From NCBI GenBank assembly GCA_016176465.1, contig JACOXD010000006.1:71878-135877 (forward strand): 64,000 bases of DNA, written 5' to 3'. Of this stretch, positions 17,265 through 27,206 are shown in pieces. How positions within the stretch are numbered: the stretch's first letter is position 1; each line of letters begins with the position of its first letter. The notes beneath the pieces are model-generated. The model made no database searches and was not told where the DNA came from. It worked only from the letters and a program-made list of their open reading frames with translations. The position numbers and the translations under genes were made by a program. This DNA is from Candidatus Daviesbacteria bacterium (lineage in GTDB: Bacteria > Patescibacteriota > Microgenomatia > Daviesbacterales > UBA10151).

Positions 17265-18380
17265 TTATTTAAGAATTCCTAGAGGATTGACAGCAATACC
17301 TTTGAACCTAATTTCTAAATGAAGATGTATCCCTGTTGATCTGCCCGTTGAGCCCATTTGTCCTATTACCTGGCCACGGCTGATCTTTTCTCCAACTGAT
17401 ACATAGATATTTGATAAATGACCATATAAGGAAGAATAACCATTTCCATGATCAATAACTACCCTATTACCATAGCCATAACCATCGGGCCAGCCAGCCA
17501 CGACTACAGTTCCCCCATCTGATGAAACTATTCCAGGTGCGCTTCTATTAGCAATATCTATACCAGGGTGATACCAAGCAAAATATTGAGAGACTTCTCC
17601 TCCTGCTGGCCAGACAAAATTACCTCCTCCTGGAGCTGAGAAGGCTGGAGATGATGGTCCCTTAGCCAAATATTGAGGTTGAGGTCTTTTTGGTGCTTTA
17701 ACCTCTGGAGGATAACCATCAGGAATAATAATAACTTGACCTACTTTTAGCTTTAAGTCATCAGGTACATTATTAAATGGAAAATCCAAAACAGCCTGGG
17801 AAGAAGCAGAATACTTCTTAGCAACTCCTTCTAACGTTTCTCCTTCCTTAACAGTGTGGGCCACCCCAGTTAATGGTAAAATTTTTAGTTTATCTCCTGG
17901 TTTGACTGAATTTACATTATCTAAATTATTGGCCCATTTAACAGTATCTGAGCTAATTTGATACTTTTCAGCTATTTGTGATACCGTTTCTCCGCTTTTT
18001 ACTTCATATTCAATTATTTCTGAGCGGGGTTTATCAGAAACAATAGTATTCATATCTATTAAAGTATTTAAACTTATACCTGAAGCATTTGGATCAAATG
18101 TTTCAATTAAGCGAGGATCTTGATCAATCATTCCCGGGAAAGTAGTAGCAACAATATCATTGCCTCCAAAAATTCCAGAACTGACTAGCCCTATTGAAGC
18201 TAAACCCACCATAGAAGCATGCCAGACATGGCGTTGAAATTTACCACGTCTATGCATTAAAAGATTAACTGAGTGGTTTTTAAAACTTTCAAAGCGGACT
18301 GCGGCTTTTTTAGTCTTACGTCCCTGGTAAATTACCAGGAATTTAAGCAAATCTGTAAGATCATCTTTTGCAGAATTCAT
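17265..18380 (-). CDS. Peptidoglycan hydrolase: two LysM domains + M23 (LytM-type) metallopeptidase
   Basis: LysM blocks YEVKSGETVSQIAEKYQISSDTV and HTVKEGETLEGVAKKY. M23 motifs HPGIDIA, SLYGHL and GSTGRSTGIHLHLEI (HxxxD ... HxH). Confidence 0.8.
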   Translation of the reverse strand: MNSAKDDLTDLLKFLVIYQGRKTKKAAVRFESFKNHSVNLLMHRRGKFQRHVWHASMVGLASIGLVSSGIFGGNDIVATTFPGMIDQDPRLIETFDPNASGISLNTLIDMNTIVSDKPRSEIIEYEVKSGETVSQIAEKYQISSDTVKWANNLDNVNSVKPGDKLKILPLTGVAHTVKEGETLEGVAKKYSASSQAVLDFPFNNVPDDLKLKVGQVIIIPDGYPPEVKAPKRPQPQYLAKGPSSPAFSAPGGGNFVWPAGGEVSQYFAWYHPGIDIANRSAPGIVSSDGGTVVVAGWPDGYGYGNRVVIDHGNGYSSLYGHLSNIYVSVGEKISRGQVIGQMGSTGRSTGIHLHLEIRFKGIAVNPLGILK

Positions 18381-18479
18381 CAGTTAATAGAAACAAGCAA
18401 TTAACAATTAGCTATTATCTATCAGCAATTAAATCTTAGCAAGTTGACAGGATGTGGTATTACAATTTTGAATTTTGAT

Positions 18480-19751
18480 TTATTTAATATCCTTTAGTGA
18501 GGCAAGAAATTCCACATTAGACTCTGTTTTAGCTAATCTTTGTAAAAAAACTTCTGTTCTTTCATTCTCATTCAATATTCCAAGCATTCTTCTCATAATT
18601 ACTATTTGTCTATATGTAGGTTCATCAAATAATAGTTGTTCCTGTCTGGTACTTGAGGCTTCAATGTTAATTGCAGGATAAGTTCTTCGCTCAGCAAGCT
18701 GCCTATCAAGGTGCAGCTCCATATTGCCTGTGCCTTTAAATTCCTCATAAATTAGATCATCCATCCTGGACCCTGTATCAACTAATGCTGTTCCAATAAT
18801 GGTTAGCGATCCTCCCTCTTCACAGTTTCTTGCAGCTCCAAAGAAGTGTTTTGGAGGATAAAGTGCAACAGGATCAAATCCTCCTGATAAAGTTCTACCT
18901 GATGGGGGGACAGAAAGATTATATGCTCTTCCTAGTCTAGTTATGGAATCAAGCAAAATAATTATATCTTTTCCTTCTTCAACCAATCGCTTTGCTCTCT
19001 CTAGCGCAACTTCTGCAGCCCTTGTTTGCGCCTCTGCTGGTTCATCAAAGTTAGAAGCAATTACATCTCCTTTTATAGAACGTGAGATATCGGTTACCTC
19101 CTCAGGTCTCTCCCCAACCAAAACAGCCATTAAGATAACATCAGGGTGATTTTTAGCTATACCTGAGGCAATATCTTTAAGAATGGTTGTTTTACCGGCT
19201 TTAGGTGGCGAGACAATTAAACCTCGCTGACCAAAACCAATCGGAGCTATCAGATCAATTACCCGCGCAGATAAGGGTTGTTTGCCTGTTTCTAATTTAA
19301 GATGTTTATTGGGATATATAGCAGTTAAATCCTCAAATTTAACTCGTTTTACTCTAGATCCATCAGCTGATTGGCCGACTAATTTTTCTGGATCTTTCCC
19401 GTTAACTTTATTAACCTGAAGTAATCCAAAATATCTTTCATTCTCTTTTGGTGGTCTTGCACCTCCTTCAATTAAGTCTCCGGGGCGCAAATTAAATCTT
19501 CTAATTTGTGAAGCAGAGATGTAGACATCTCTGTCTGATGGGATATACTTAGGTCTTAAAAAGCCGTGTCCTTCGGGCATTATATCTAAAACCCCACTTA
19601 CTTCCTCAGTTGGAACATCTTTTGTTTCGTACAAAGGCCTAGATCTTCGATCCATATCCGGACTTTCACTGGGAGCACCTACCACTTGATCAATATCAAG
19701 TTTTTGGGACAGTTCAGTCAATTTTGGTTTAAATGAACGTGTGTTTGGCAT
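18480..19751 (-). CDS. rho: Transcription termination factor Rho
   Basis: N-terminal OB/RNA-binding region, Walker A GQRGLIVSPPKAGKTT, Rho-specific Q and R loops, and C-terminal EEFKGTGNMELHLDR. Confidence 0.9.
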   Translation of the reverse strand: MPNTRSFKPKLTELSQKLDIDQVVGAPSESPDMDRRSRPLYETKDVPTEEVSGVLDIMPEGHGFLRPKYIPSDRDVYISASQIRRFNLRPGDLIEGGARPPKENERYFGLLQVNKVNGKDPEKLVGQSADGSRVKRVKFEDLTAIYPNKHLKLETGKQPLSARVIDLIAPIGFGQRGLIVSPPKAGKTTILKDIASGIAKNHPDVILMAVLVGERPEEVTDISRSIKGDVIASNFDEPAEAQTRAAEVALERAKRLVEEGKDIIILLDSITRLGRAYNLSVPPSGRTLSGGFDPVALYPPKHFFGAARNCEEGGSLTIIGTALVDTGSRMDDLIYEEFKGTGNMELHLDRQLAERRTYPAINIEASSTRQEQLLFDEPTYRQIVIMRRMLGILNENERTEVFLQRLAKTESNVEFLASLKDIK

Positions 19752-19951
19752 TTTAGATTTTTAAAACATGTTAAAGGGAGGGCTTGAGGGTTTAAATCAG
19801 TTTAAGTTTGACACATTTTATGTTTTACTGTCAATAGTTGGAATTTAATGACCTATATCGGGGACTTATCCCTGCCCAAGATAAATCCCCGGTACAAGTC
19901 ACAAAATTTCCCCTCTTGACAAAGTTATCCTTTTATGAAATCTTAAATAGT

Positions 19952-19986
19952 GAAAATATAATTTCGCTGCTCTGAAATTATATTTT
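19952..19986. promoter_or_regulatory. Perfect 14-bp inverted repeat (GAAAATATAATTTC-N7-GAAATTATATTTTC) in the rho 5' leader/promoter region
   Basis: Exact palindrome read directly from the sequence; a possible operator or leader hairpin. Confidence 0.4.
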
Positions 19987-20003
19987 CGAACTTAATAAAA
20001 AGG

Positions 20004-20048
20004 GCATTGCTATTCGAGTCCGTCTGCGGTAGTAATGCTCTTTTTTTG
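20004..20048. terminator. Hairpin flanked by an A-run upstream and a T-run downstream on both strands (bidirectional intrinsic terminator or attenuator in the rho leader)
   Basis: GCATTGCTA-ttcgagtccgtctgcgg-TAGTAATGC followed by TCTTTTTTTGT, and preceded by AAAAAGGG, i.e. a T-run on the other strand. Confidence 0.45.
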
Positions 20049-20061
20049 TCCTACCAAAATT

Positions 20062-20098
20062 AAAGACTACTGAATCCGTCTGCTATTCAGTAGTCTTT
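20062..20098. promoter_or_regulatory. Second leader hairpin, with the same loop motif tccgtctgc
   Basis: AAAGACTACTGAAT-ccgtctgct-ATTCAGTAGTCTTT is a 14-bp perfect stem. Its loop sequence is shared with the hairpin at 20004. Confidence 0.4.
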
Positions 20099-20419
20099 AA
20101 TTTCTTACCATTAATATTAATGTTTGATCCCCACTTGATAGAACCTTCCTAACTTGTGAAGTTAGAGGGTTTTCTATCTTTTTACTTAATCTTTTTGAAT
20201 TTTCTTTGCCTTTTTGAATCCTAAAGTTAAACATAACTAGAAGATAACAGAAAAAATACTATTTGTCAAGGTTTTTAAAACCCATAGCAAAATTTATTGT
20301 CAAATCTCTATATCCTAGAGTTTATTTAAAGGGGTACACAGCACAGTTTAGACTGATCTAATAAGCCAAATTGAAATAGCTTTTTTTATTATTAACAATT
20401 AATATGTCTTGTGGATAAC

Positions 20420-20782
20420 TTATTTAGGTTGTGGATTTTTACAAAGAAAGCAGACCCCCTTATTGTAGGAAGGTGAAAATACAGATAAAGTTGCACTCAA
20501 AAGCGAGTTAACTGTTAAACCAACTGAGATTAAAATAACGACCAGACCCAAGATGATATTCAAAGGTGGGGCCAAAGAGAAAAAAAGAGCTAAGCCTATT
20601 ATCGTTAGTATTATCCAAAATATAGATGCTAGAATCCCTTTTAGTAGATAAAAGATTAAGACCACTAGATAGTGCCAAGGTTGATGAATATTTTTGTTAC
20701 TTGATTTTTTCACAGTGAGTTTATTAATATTTTTAAGATGTAAACACAATGAAATCTCCCCTACTTTCAGTAATTGTACCAA
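20420..20782 (-). CDS. Small multi-pass membrane protein (hypothetical; GtrA-like size, possible polyprenyl-sugar flippase)
   Basis: 120 aa with 2-3 predicted TM helices, divergent from a GtrB/DPM1-like GT2. No diagnostic motif was seen. Confidence 0.35.
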   Translation of the reverse strand: MVQLLKVGEISLCLHLKNINKLTVKKSSNKNIHQPWHYLVVLIFYLLKGILASIFWIILTIIGLALFFSLAPPLNIILGLVVILISVGLTVNSLLSATLSVFSPSYNKGVCFLCKNPQPK

Positions 20783-21555
20783 TATATAGGCAAGAAAAAA
20801 GAGTTGTTAAAGATTTAAGAAAAATCAAGGCTGTTTTAGATAAAATACGTTACCGATCTGAGCTAATTTGTGTGGTAGATGGAATGGTTGATGATACTTA
20901 TAAAAACGCTAAAGCTTTTGCTAAAAAAAGCAGCAATGTTAAACTCAGCGGATATGAAAACAATAGAGGTAAGGGTTACGCTGTTAGATATGGAATGGCC
21001 CAAAGCAAAGGAGATCTGATTGCCTTTATTGATTCTGGAATGGATTTAAATCCTAATGGTTTATCCATGCTCCTCGAGCATTTTGAATGGTACGATGCTG
21101 ACATTGTTGTAGGCTCCAAACGCCATCCTGTATCAAAGGTTGATTATCCAAAGATAAGAAGACTCTTTTCCTGGCTTTACCAGCTATTAACAAAGATTCT
21201 TTTTGGTTTAAAAATAAGAGATACCCAAGTTGGAATGAAGTTGTTTAAAAGAGAGGTTTTAGAGAAAGTACTACCTAGATTATTAGTTAAACAATATGCG
21301 TTTGATATAGAAATACTGGCAGTCGCTAACTATCTCGGGTTTAAGCGTATATATGAGGCACCAGTTGATTTGAAGTATGATTTTGGGAATAGCTCTATTT
21401 TACCCAGTAAACACTTTGTCAAAACAGTTAGCTTGATGTTAAAAGATACCTTAGCCATTTTTTATCGCTTAAGGATTCTTAATTACTATTCGGATGTTAA
21501 TCAAAGAAAATGGAAATTTGATCCCGAACTAAATTTCAGAGTTAATATTGGCTAA
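20749..21555 (+). CDS. GT2 glycosyltransferase, polyprenyl-phosphate sugar synthase-like (GtrB/DPM1-like)
   Basis: LSVIVPIYRQEKRV...VVDGMVDDT (GT2 N-terminal fold with a DxD-like motif), ~270 aa with a C-terminal amphipathic region as in DPM1/GtrB. Confidence 0.7.
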   Translation: MKSPLLSVIVPIYRQEKRVVKDLRKIKAVLDKIRYRSELICVVDGMVDDTYKNAKAFAKKSSNVKLSGYENNRGKGYAVRYGMAQSKGDLIAFIDSGMDLNPNGLSMLLEHFEWYDADIVVGSKRHPVSKVDYPKIRRLFSWLYQLLTKILFGLKIRDTQVGMKLFKREVLEKVLPRLLVKQYAFDIEILAVANYLGFKRIYEAPVDLKYDFGNSSILPSKHFVKTVSLMLKDTLAIFYRLRILNYYSDVNQRKWKFDPELNFRVNIG

Positions 21556-21567
21556 TCAAACCCTCTT

Positions 21568-22695
21568 ATGAGAATTCTCATCTTCTCCTGGAGAGATCCT
21601 AAACATCCTCTATCAGGAGGAGCAGAAAGAATGATTCACGAACATACAAAAGGCTGGATTAAAGCCGGACATGAGGTCACACTTTTTGCATCAGCGCTAA
21701 AGGGTTTACCTAAAGAGGAAGTTTTAGATAAGGTTAAAATTATTAGGCGAGGCTATCAGTATCTTGGAGTGCAAATATCAGCTTTTCTTTATTATCTTAA
21801 AAATTCAGGTAAATTTGATTTCCTGGTTGATCAATTCCATGGCATTCCTTTTTTTACACCGATTTATTCCAATAAACCAAAATTGGCAATAATTCATGAA
21901 ACAGCTAAAGAAGTTTGGTTTTTGAATTCACTTCCTAAACCTATAAATTGGTTTGTAAGTCTACTCGGATTTATAACCGAACCTTTAATCTTTAAGTTGT
22001 ATAAAAAAGTTCCTTTTATTACTGTCTCTAAGTCAACTAAATTAGATATTGCTAGGTTTGGGATTCCAGAGCAAAATATTAATGTTATTCAAAATGGAAT
22101 TTTTAAGCCAAAAAAAATTATTTTGCCAGCTAAAACTCAAATTCCAACTATTACATTCTTAGGGACTCTATCTAAAGACAAAGGGATAGAGGATGCAATC
22201 AAATGTTTTGCCATTCTAAATAAACAAGGCAAATTTAACTTTTGGGTAATAGGCAGAAAGGAAGGAGAAGTTTACTTTCAAAAATTATTAAGGTTTGCTA
22301 AATCCTTAGGCCTAAAAAAGAATTTAGAGTTTTGGGGATATGTATCTGAAGAGCAAAAATTTAAGCTTTTATCAAAGAGCCACCTTTTATTAAATCCATC
22401 AATTAGAGAGGGTTGGGGCTTGGTTAACATAGAGAGTAACTTGGTTAAAACTCCTGTTGTTGCCTACCCTTCACCTGGACTCATTGATTCTGTAAAAAAC
22501 AATATTAGCGGTATTATTTCTAAAGAAAAAACTCCTCAAAATTTAGCAAAAATAGTCTATGATTTATGTAAAGACAAGGAAAAATATGCTAAATTACAAA
22601 ACTCCTCTTATCTTTTTAGCCAAAAATTTGACTGGAAAAAATCTACCCAAATGAGTCTCAAATTAATAAATAATTTATATCAAAATAGCTCATAA
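21568..22695 (+). CDS. GT4 (GT-B fold) glycosyltransferase
   Basis: N-terminal MRILIFSWRDPKHPLSGGAERMIHE and C-terminal EGWGLVNIESNLVKTPVVAY (the E-x7-E region of GT4). Confidence 0.75.
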   Translation: MRILIFSWRDPKHPLSGGAERMIHEHTKGWIKAGHEVTLFASALKGLPKEEVLDKVKIIRRGYQYLGVQISAFLYYLKNSGKFDFLVDQFHGIPFFTPIYSNKPKLAIIHETAKEVWFLNSLPKPINWFVSLLGFITEPLIFKLYKKVPFITVSKSTKLDIARFGIPEQNINVIQNGIFKPKKIILPAKTQIPTITFLGTLSKDKGIEDAIKCFAILNKQGKFNFWVIGRKEGEVYFQKLLRFAKSLGLKKNLEFWGYVSEEQKFKLLSKSHLLLNPSIREGWGLVNIESNLVKTPVVAYPSPGLIDSVKNNISGIISKEKTPQNLAKIVYDLCKDKEKYAKLQNSSYLFSQKFDWKKSTQMSLKLINNLYQNSS

Positions 22696-22706
22696 TATAA
22701 ACTTGT

Positions 22707-23510
22707 ATGTCTAAACTCTCTATAATTATTCCTACCAAAAACGAAGAAAAAAATATTGTCCGTTTACTTAAATCTATTGATCCAAAATTAGCTGAGGTTA
22801 TTTTGGTTGATAACTTTTCAACCGATAAAACAGTTAAGCTGGCGACCCCCTATTTAAATAAACTATTTTTGGCAGGGCCTGAAAGATCAGCCCAGCGCAA
22901 TTTTGGAGCAAAAAAAGCTAGTGGAGATTATCTACTTTTTCTAGATGCAGATATGGCACTTTCTAAAAATTTGATTGAAAAATGTTTAAATGCTACATCA
23001 GAAAAAAAGACAATATGGGCAATTAAGGAAAAATCTATCGGCAGATCTTTTTGGGGGAAAGCTTTGGCGCTGGAGAGAAACTGTTATATCGACCAAGATT
23101 ATATAATAGCTGCGAGGTTTTTTTCTAAAAAAGATTTCCTAAAGATTGGAGGCTACGACCCTAACTTGCCTGCAGGGGAAGACTGGGATTTAACCCAAAG
23201 ATTTATTAATAAAGGCTACCGTATCCAAATTATTAATACTCCCATTATTCATCATGAATCTACTGATTCAATTCTTAATTTATTAAAAAAAGAATACTAC
23301 TATATCAAAAATATTCAAAAGTATGCTAAAAAGCATCCCAACGCCTTTAAGAATCAAAGTAGTATTATTTACAGGATAAAAATTTGGTTAAAATGTTGGG
23401 AAGAGTTGATTAAATATCCCCTTCTTACTTTAGTATTCCTTTTTTATAAGTTTTTAGTCTGGCTGATGTTTTTATCTCATTCCTATCTTTTTTCCAAAAC
23501 TAAACGATAA
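22707..23510 (+). CDS. GT2 glycosyltransferase
   Basis: LSIIIPTKNEEKNI...ILVDNFSTDKT...LFLDADM (DxD). Confidence 0.7.
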   Translation: MSKLSIIIPTKNEEKNIVRLLKSIDPKLAEVILVDNFSTDKTVKLATPYLNKLFLAGPERSAQRNFGAKKASGDYLLFLDADMALSKNLIEKCLNATSEKKTIWAIKEKSIGRSFWGKALALERNCYIDQDYIIAARFFSKKDFLKIGGYDPNLPAGEDWDLTQRFINKGYRIQIINTPIIHHESTDSILNLLKKEYYYIKNIQKYAKKHPNAFKNQSSIIYRIKIWLKCWEELIKYPLLTLVFLFYKFLVWLMFLSHSYLFSKTKR

Positions 23511-24607
23511 ATTTGCAATAACTTCTGATTAGTTTTTTTTACTGAATATAACTTTTGAAACTTAACTTTAGCAGCAGTCCCCATCTTTATTAATAACTTC
23601 TTATTCTTGATAAGTTTTTCCAGAGAGCTTACCAACTGATCTAAGTTTCCAGGTTCAATTACCAACCCTGTTTTATTATTATCTACAATCTCAGGAAGAG
23701 CATAGATTTTAGTAACTATACTGGGAACTGCAAAAGACGCAGCTTCTATTACTACCAAACCATATCCTTCAGCTTTAGATGGAACTAAAACCAACAGGTC
23801 TGCTTTAGGATAAATCGATCTTATTAAATCCTTTCTGGATATGTATCTTTTTTGACCAACATCCTTAGGTAACCTAAGTGATTTATCAACCTCACCTATA
23901 ATTGTCAATTTTAACTGAGGATACTTTTTTTTGAGAATAAAGTAAGCTTCCACTAATAATTCTCCCCCTTTTCTTCTAAACCATGTTCCTATAAATAAAA
24001 TGTGTATGCTCTTTCCAGAAACTTTTTTTTTAAATAAGGGAGTCTTTACTCCTGGAGGTATTACAAATATTGTTTTGGGATCGATCCCTAAGCTTTGATG
24101 TATTTTTTTAGCAAAGTTTGACCAAACTATTAAAAAATTCTCTCTTAGGTTTAAATTTTGATCATATATTTTGAAAAATGAAACTAAAGCTTTTTTTATT
24201 TGGTAGCCAAACTTTATTCTCCACCTACTCCATCCTAAATAATCTCTCAAAAAAAGATAATTACTAGAGCTGTCGGAGAGAACTACAGGCGTAGAATCAT
24301 TAGCAAGGTGCAGGTTATATCCATGGCAATGGATTAAATCAAATTTTTGGTTTAATTTTATAGTTTTTATTCCAGCATCAGGCGGTAAAATTTTAAACTT
24401 CATCAGTTTTGAAAAGATCTTTTCCAGGAAAGTAGTTTGTATCAATTTTTTATCTAGTGCTTCTTGGTAATAAGTATATTCAACATCCCTGGGAGGATAT
24501 TTAAGAAGAGTTTGAGTATAAGTGTTCTCTCCTCCCATTAAAAATTTTAAATTTCCTGGTTTTTTAGGATCAGCAGGACTAATTAGTAAAACCTTTATCT
24601 TCTTCAT
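23483..24607 (-). CDS. GT4 (GT-B) glycosyltransferase
   Basis: C-terminal PSKAEGYGLVVIEAASFAVPSIVT is the GT4 EX7E-like block. Confidence 0.7.
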   Translation of the reverse strand: MKKIKVLLISPADPKKPGNLKFLMGGENTYTQTLLKYPPRDVEYTYYQEALDKKLIQTTFLEKIFSKLMKFKILPPDAGIKTIKLNQKFDLIHCHGYNLHLANDSTPVVLSDSSSNYLFLRDYLGWSRWRIKFGYQIKKALVSFFKIYDQNLNLRENFLIVWSNFAKKIHQSLGIDPKTIFVIPPGVKTPLFKKKVSGKSIHILFIGTWFRRKGGELLVEAYFILKKKYPQLKLTIIGEVDKSLRLPKDVGQKRYISRKDLIRSIYPKADLLVLVPSKAEGYGLVVIEAASFAVPSIVTKIYALPEIVDNNKTGLVIEPGNLDQLVSSLEKLIKNKKLLIKMGTAAKVKFQKLYSVKKTNQKLLQIYRLVLEKR

Positions 24608-24652
24608 TCAAGCAATTCTAACATGATAATTTTTTAATGGTAAAATTCTGCT

Positions 24653-25705
24653 ATGACTTTAAGACAAACAATAGCTAATAAGAAAGCAGAGGTCCAATTC
24701 AGAGAAAAACTAGTCAAACAACATAAAGGAGAACAAAGTTATTTCCCCGGACAACCGGATAATCTAAGAATCTTAATTGAGTTAAAAAAAAGGCTGTCTG
24801 ATACAAAAAAGGATATATTGAACCTAAAAAAAGAAGGTTTGCTTAAAAGTCCATATTTGGAAATCGGTGCTGAAAAGTGTCAGAGAAGCATGTTATGCGA
24901 AAATCAATTCAAGATTAAAGGTATTGCAGCTGATATCTCCTTTCATAGCCTAGATTCTGCAAATTTTTTTGCTAAAAAACTCGGGTTTAAAAAAATGCCA
25001 TTAAGAATCTGCTTGGATGCTTATAATCTCCCTTTCCTAGATAACTGCATTCCCTTTATCTTTTTTTATCAAACACTTCATCATTTTCCAGATCCTTCTC
25101 CTATACTTAGAGAATCAGCCAGAGTTTTGCGCTCTGATGGAGTAGTGTTTATAAACGAGGAGCCTATAAAGCAACTTTTTAATTTAAATCTATTTAGGCG
25201 TGATTTTAATTTAAATAATCTTCAGAAGCTACTCAAACGCTTACTTATACTTCCTTTTATTTCAACCATTGGTAAATCAGAGATGGAGAGTGGAATTATA
25301 GAAACCTCTTTTTGGTTGGATAAATGGGAAAGTATCCTCAAAGATTTCGAGCGGGTTAAAGTTACCGCTACTCCCCTTTTTGGGAAAGGGCAGCTTTTAG
25401 AAAAAAATGCTCATCAAGGTTGGTTAAATCCCAATTTGTTAACCAAGGCTTTGATTGCAATTTTGGGTGGTGGAATCAAGGTAATAGCTACTAAGAATAA
25501 AAAACCTAGACTTGATTTTCTTTCAAATGATATCTTCGATATTTTAGCCTGCCCAGATTGCAAAGTGAGAGTGTCGCTTAAAAAAAGCGGCTCAAATTTA
25601 TTCTATTGTCAAAAGTGCGGCAGTGAGTTTCCAATCAAAAAGGATATCCTGATTTTTTTACCCAGGAGACAAAGACCTTTATTAAAAAAAATTTATGTAT
25701 CCTAA
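24653..25705 (+). CDS. SAM-dependent methyltransferase with a C-terminal Trm112-like zinc-ribbon
   Basis: Class I MTase core (LEIGAEKCQRS..., motif I-like) and a C-terminal DILACPDCKVRVSLKKSGSNLFYCQKCGSEFPIKKDILIFL (CxxC...CxxC, Trm112p/DUF343-like). Confidence 0.55.
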   Translation: MTLRQTIANKKAEVQFREKLVKQHKGEQSYFPGQPDNLRILIELKKRLSDTKKDILNLKKEGLLKSPYLEIGAEKCQRSMLCENQFKIKGIAADISFHSLDSANFFAKKLGFKKMPLRICLDAYNLPFLDNCIPFIFFYQTLHHFPDPSPILRESARVLRSDGVVFINEEPIKQLFNLNLFRRDFNLNNLQKLLKRLLILPFISTIGKSEMESGIIETSFWLDKWESILKDFERVKVTATPLFGKGQLLEKNAHQGWLNPNLLTKALIAILGGGIKVIATKNKKPRLDFLSNDIFDILACPDCKVRVSLKKSGSNLFYCQKCGSEFPIKKDILIFLPRRQRPLLKKIYVS

Positions 25706-26231
25706 AGTATCAATTATTTTTGTTAACTATAATGGAGGAAAACAGCCTATTGAGTGTTTAAAATCTATCTTTAGGCTTAATTATCCCCAAAGAAAAATAG
25801 AAATTATTGTAATTGATAACGGATCAACTGATGGTTCATTAAAGAAAATAAAAAGATTCCACAAGGTAAAACTAATAGAAAATAAAAGTAATCTTGGTTT
25901 TGCTGGATCTATTAATCAAGGAGTTTTAATTTCGAAGGGGGAATATATTTTTATGGGAAATGATGATATTGTCTTCGAAAAGGACAGCCTGCTTGAGATG
26001 GTTCAGTTTGCTAAGAGCCGTCCCGAGATAGGAGTAATTGGAGGAAAAATACTAGATAAAGTAAATCCAAAAAGAGTAATTTCTTTGGGATATTTTATGA
26101 ATAAAATAACTGGCAATGTTTATCCCAATAAGAGTGAGGATTTAAGTAAATCAATTGATTGGCTTCAAGGTTGTGCTTTGTTAATTTCCAGAAAGACTTT
26201 AAAAAAAGTAGGCCTTTTTGATCCGGTATAG
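25695..26231 (+). pseudogene. Truncated GT2 glycosyltransferase (N-terminal 178 aa only)
   Basis: VSIIFVNYNGGKQPIECLKS...IVIDNGSTDGS...MGNDDIV...ALLISRKTLKKVGLFDPV, then a stop where GT2 proteins continue (DEDYF...). The following 68-aa ORF (26218..26424) in another frame is not GT2-like. Confidence 0.5.
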
Positions 26232-26496
26232 AAATAAGATTCGATTTATGCTAAAAAACCTACCCTTAATTAATATTCTATCAATACTTTTTTTTCAATC
26301 TTTTCTAGTTATCCCCTACAGATTCTTGATCTTAAGAGACCGAAGATCTTTGCCCTATTTAAAAGGACTCTGGTGGAATATTTCAAATATTAAACAAACT
26401 TTTAAAGTAAGAGGAAAATTATGAAAAGCATTTAGCTTTTATTTTTCCTTTTGGAGTTATCTATTACACACTTGTGATTGATAAGGGCAGAAAACG

Positions 26497-27204
26497 ATGA
26501 AATTTGTTTTAATTTATTTAACTTCTCTTTGGCACAAAAGTGCTTGGTCAAATAATCAAACCCTTTCTTTTCTTATCAAGTCTGAAAAGAAGGCTAAAAT
26601 ATTAGACCTAGGAACTTATCGGCCGGAATTGATAATTGAAAGGGTTAAACAAATTAAAAATCCGGAAATTTATGTGGTAGATATAGACAAAGAAACGATT
26701 AAACTTTGTAAGAAGGCAGGACTTCACAGTTTACAAAGAAACCTAGAGAAACCCTTGCCCTTCAAAGATAATTTTTTTGATTTAATAACAGCAAACCAAA
26801 TAATAGAACACCTGGTCAATGTTGATTTATTTATTGAGGAAATTTACAGGGTCTTAAAACCCAACGGATATTTATTGATATCTACCGAAAATCTATCCAG
26901 CTGGCATAATATTTTTGCATTACTTATGGGTTGGCAAGCATTCTCACAACATATATCAAAAAAACAAGGGATTGGAAACCCTATCAGATTACAAAAAGAT
27001 AGTCATACCGAAAATTCCATTCACATCCATATTTTTACACTTAAAGGATTGTTGGAGCTTTTAGAGTTAAATAATTTTAAGATCATAAATACATTTGGCA
27101 GCGGATATTACCCTTTACCAACTTTTTTTGCAAAGTTTTTTACTAAGCTGGATATTTGCCATTCTGCATTTATTGGCGTAAAGGCGCAAAAAATAAAGCA
27201 ATAA
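26497..27204 (+). CDS. Class I SAM-dependent methyltransferase (Methyltransf_11-like)
   Basis: ILDLGTYRPE (motif I), FDLITANQIIEHL, and LKPNGYLLIST (motif post II). Confidence 0.7.
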   Translation: MKFVLIYLTSLWHKSAWSNNQTLSFLIKSEKKAKILDLGTYRPELIIERVKQIKNPEIYVVDIDKETIKLCKKAGLHSLQRNLEKPLPFKDNFFDLITANQIIEHLVNVDLFIEEIYRVLKPNGYLLISTENLSSWHNIFALLMGWQAFSQHISKKQGIGNPIRLQKDSHTENSIHIHIFTLKGLLELLELNNFKIINTFGSGYYPLPTFFAKFFTKLDICHSAFIGVKAQKIKQ

Positions 27205-27206
27205 AT

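Noticed and set aside
26218-26424. 68-aa ORF after the truncated GT2 as an independent gene
   Set aside because: It is hydrophobic and low-complexity, shows no GT2 C-terminal motifs, and overlaps the GT2 stop; more likely out-of-frame debris.
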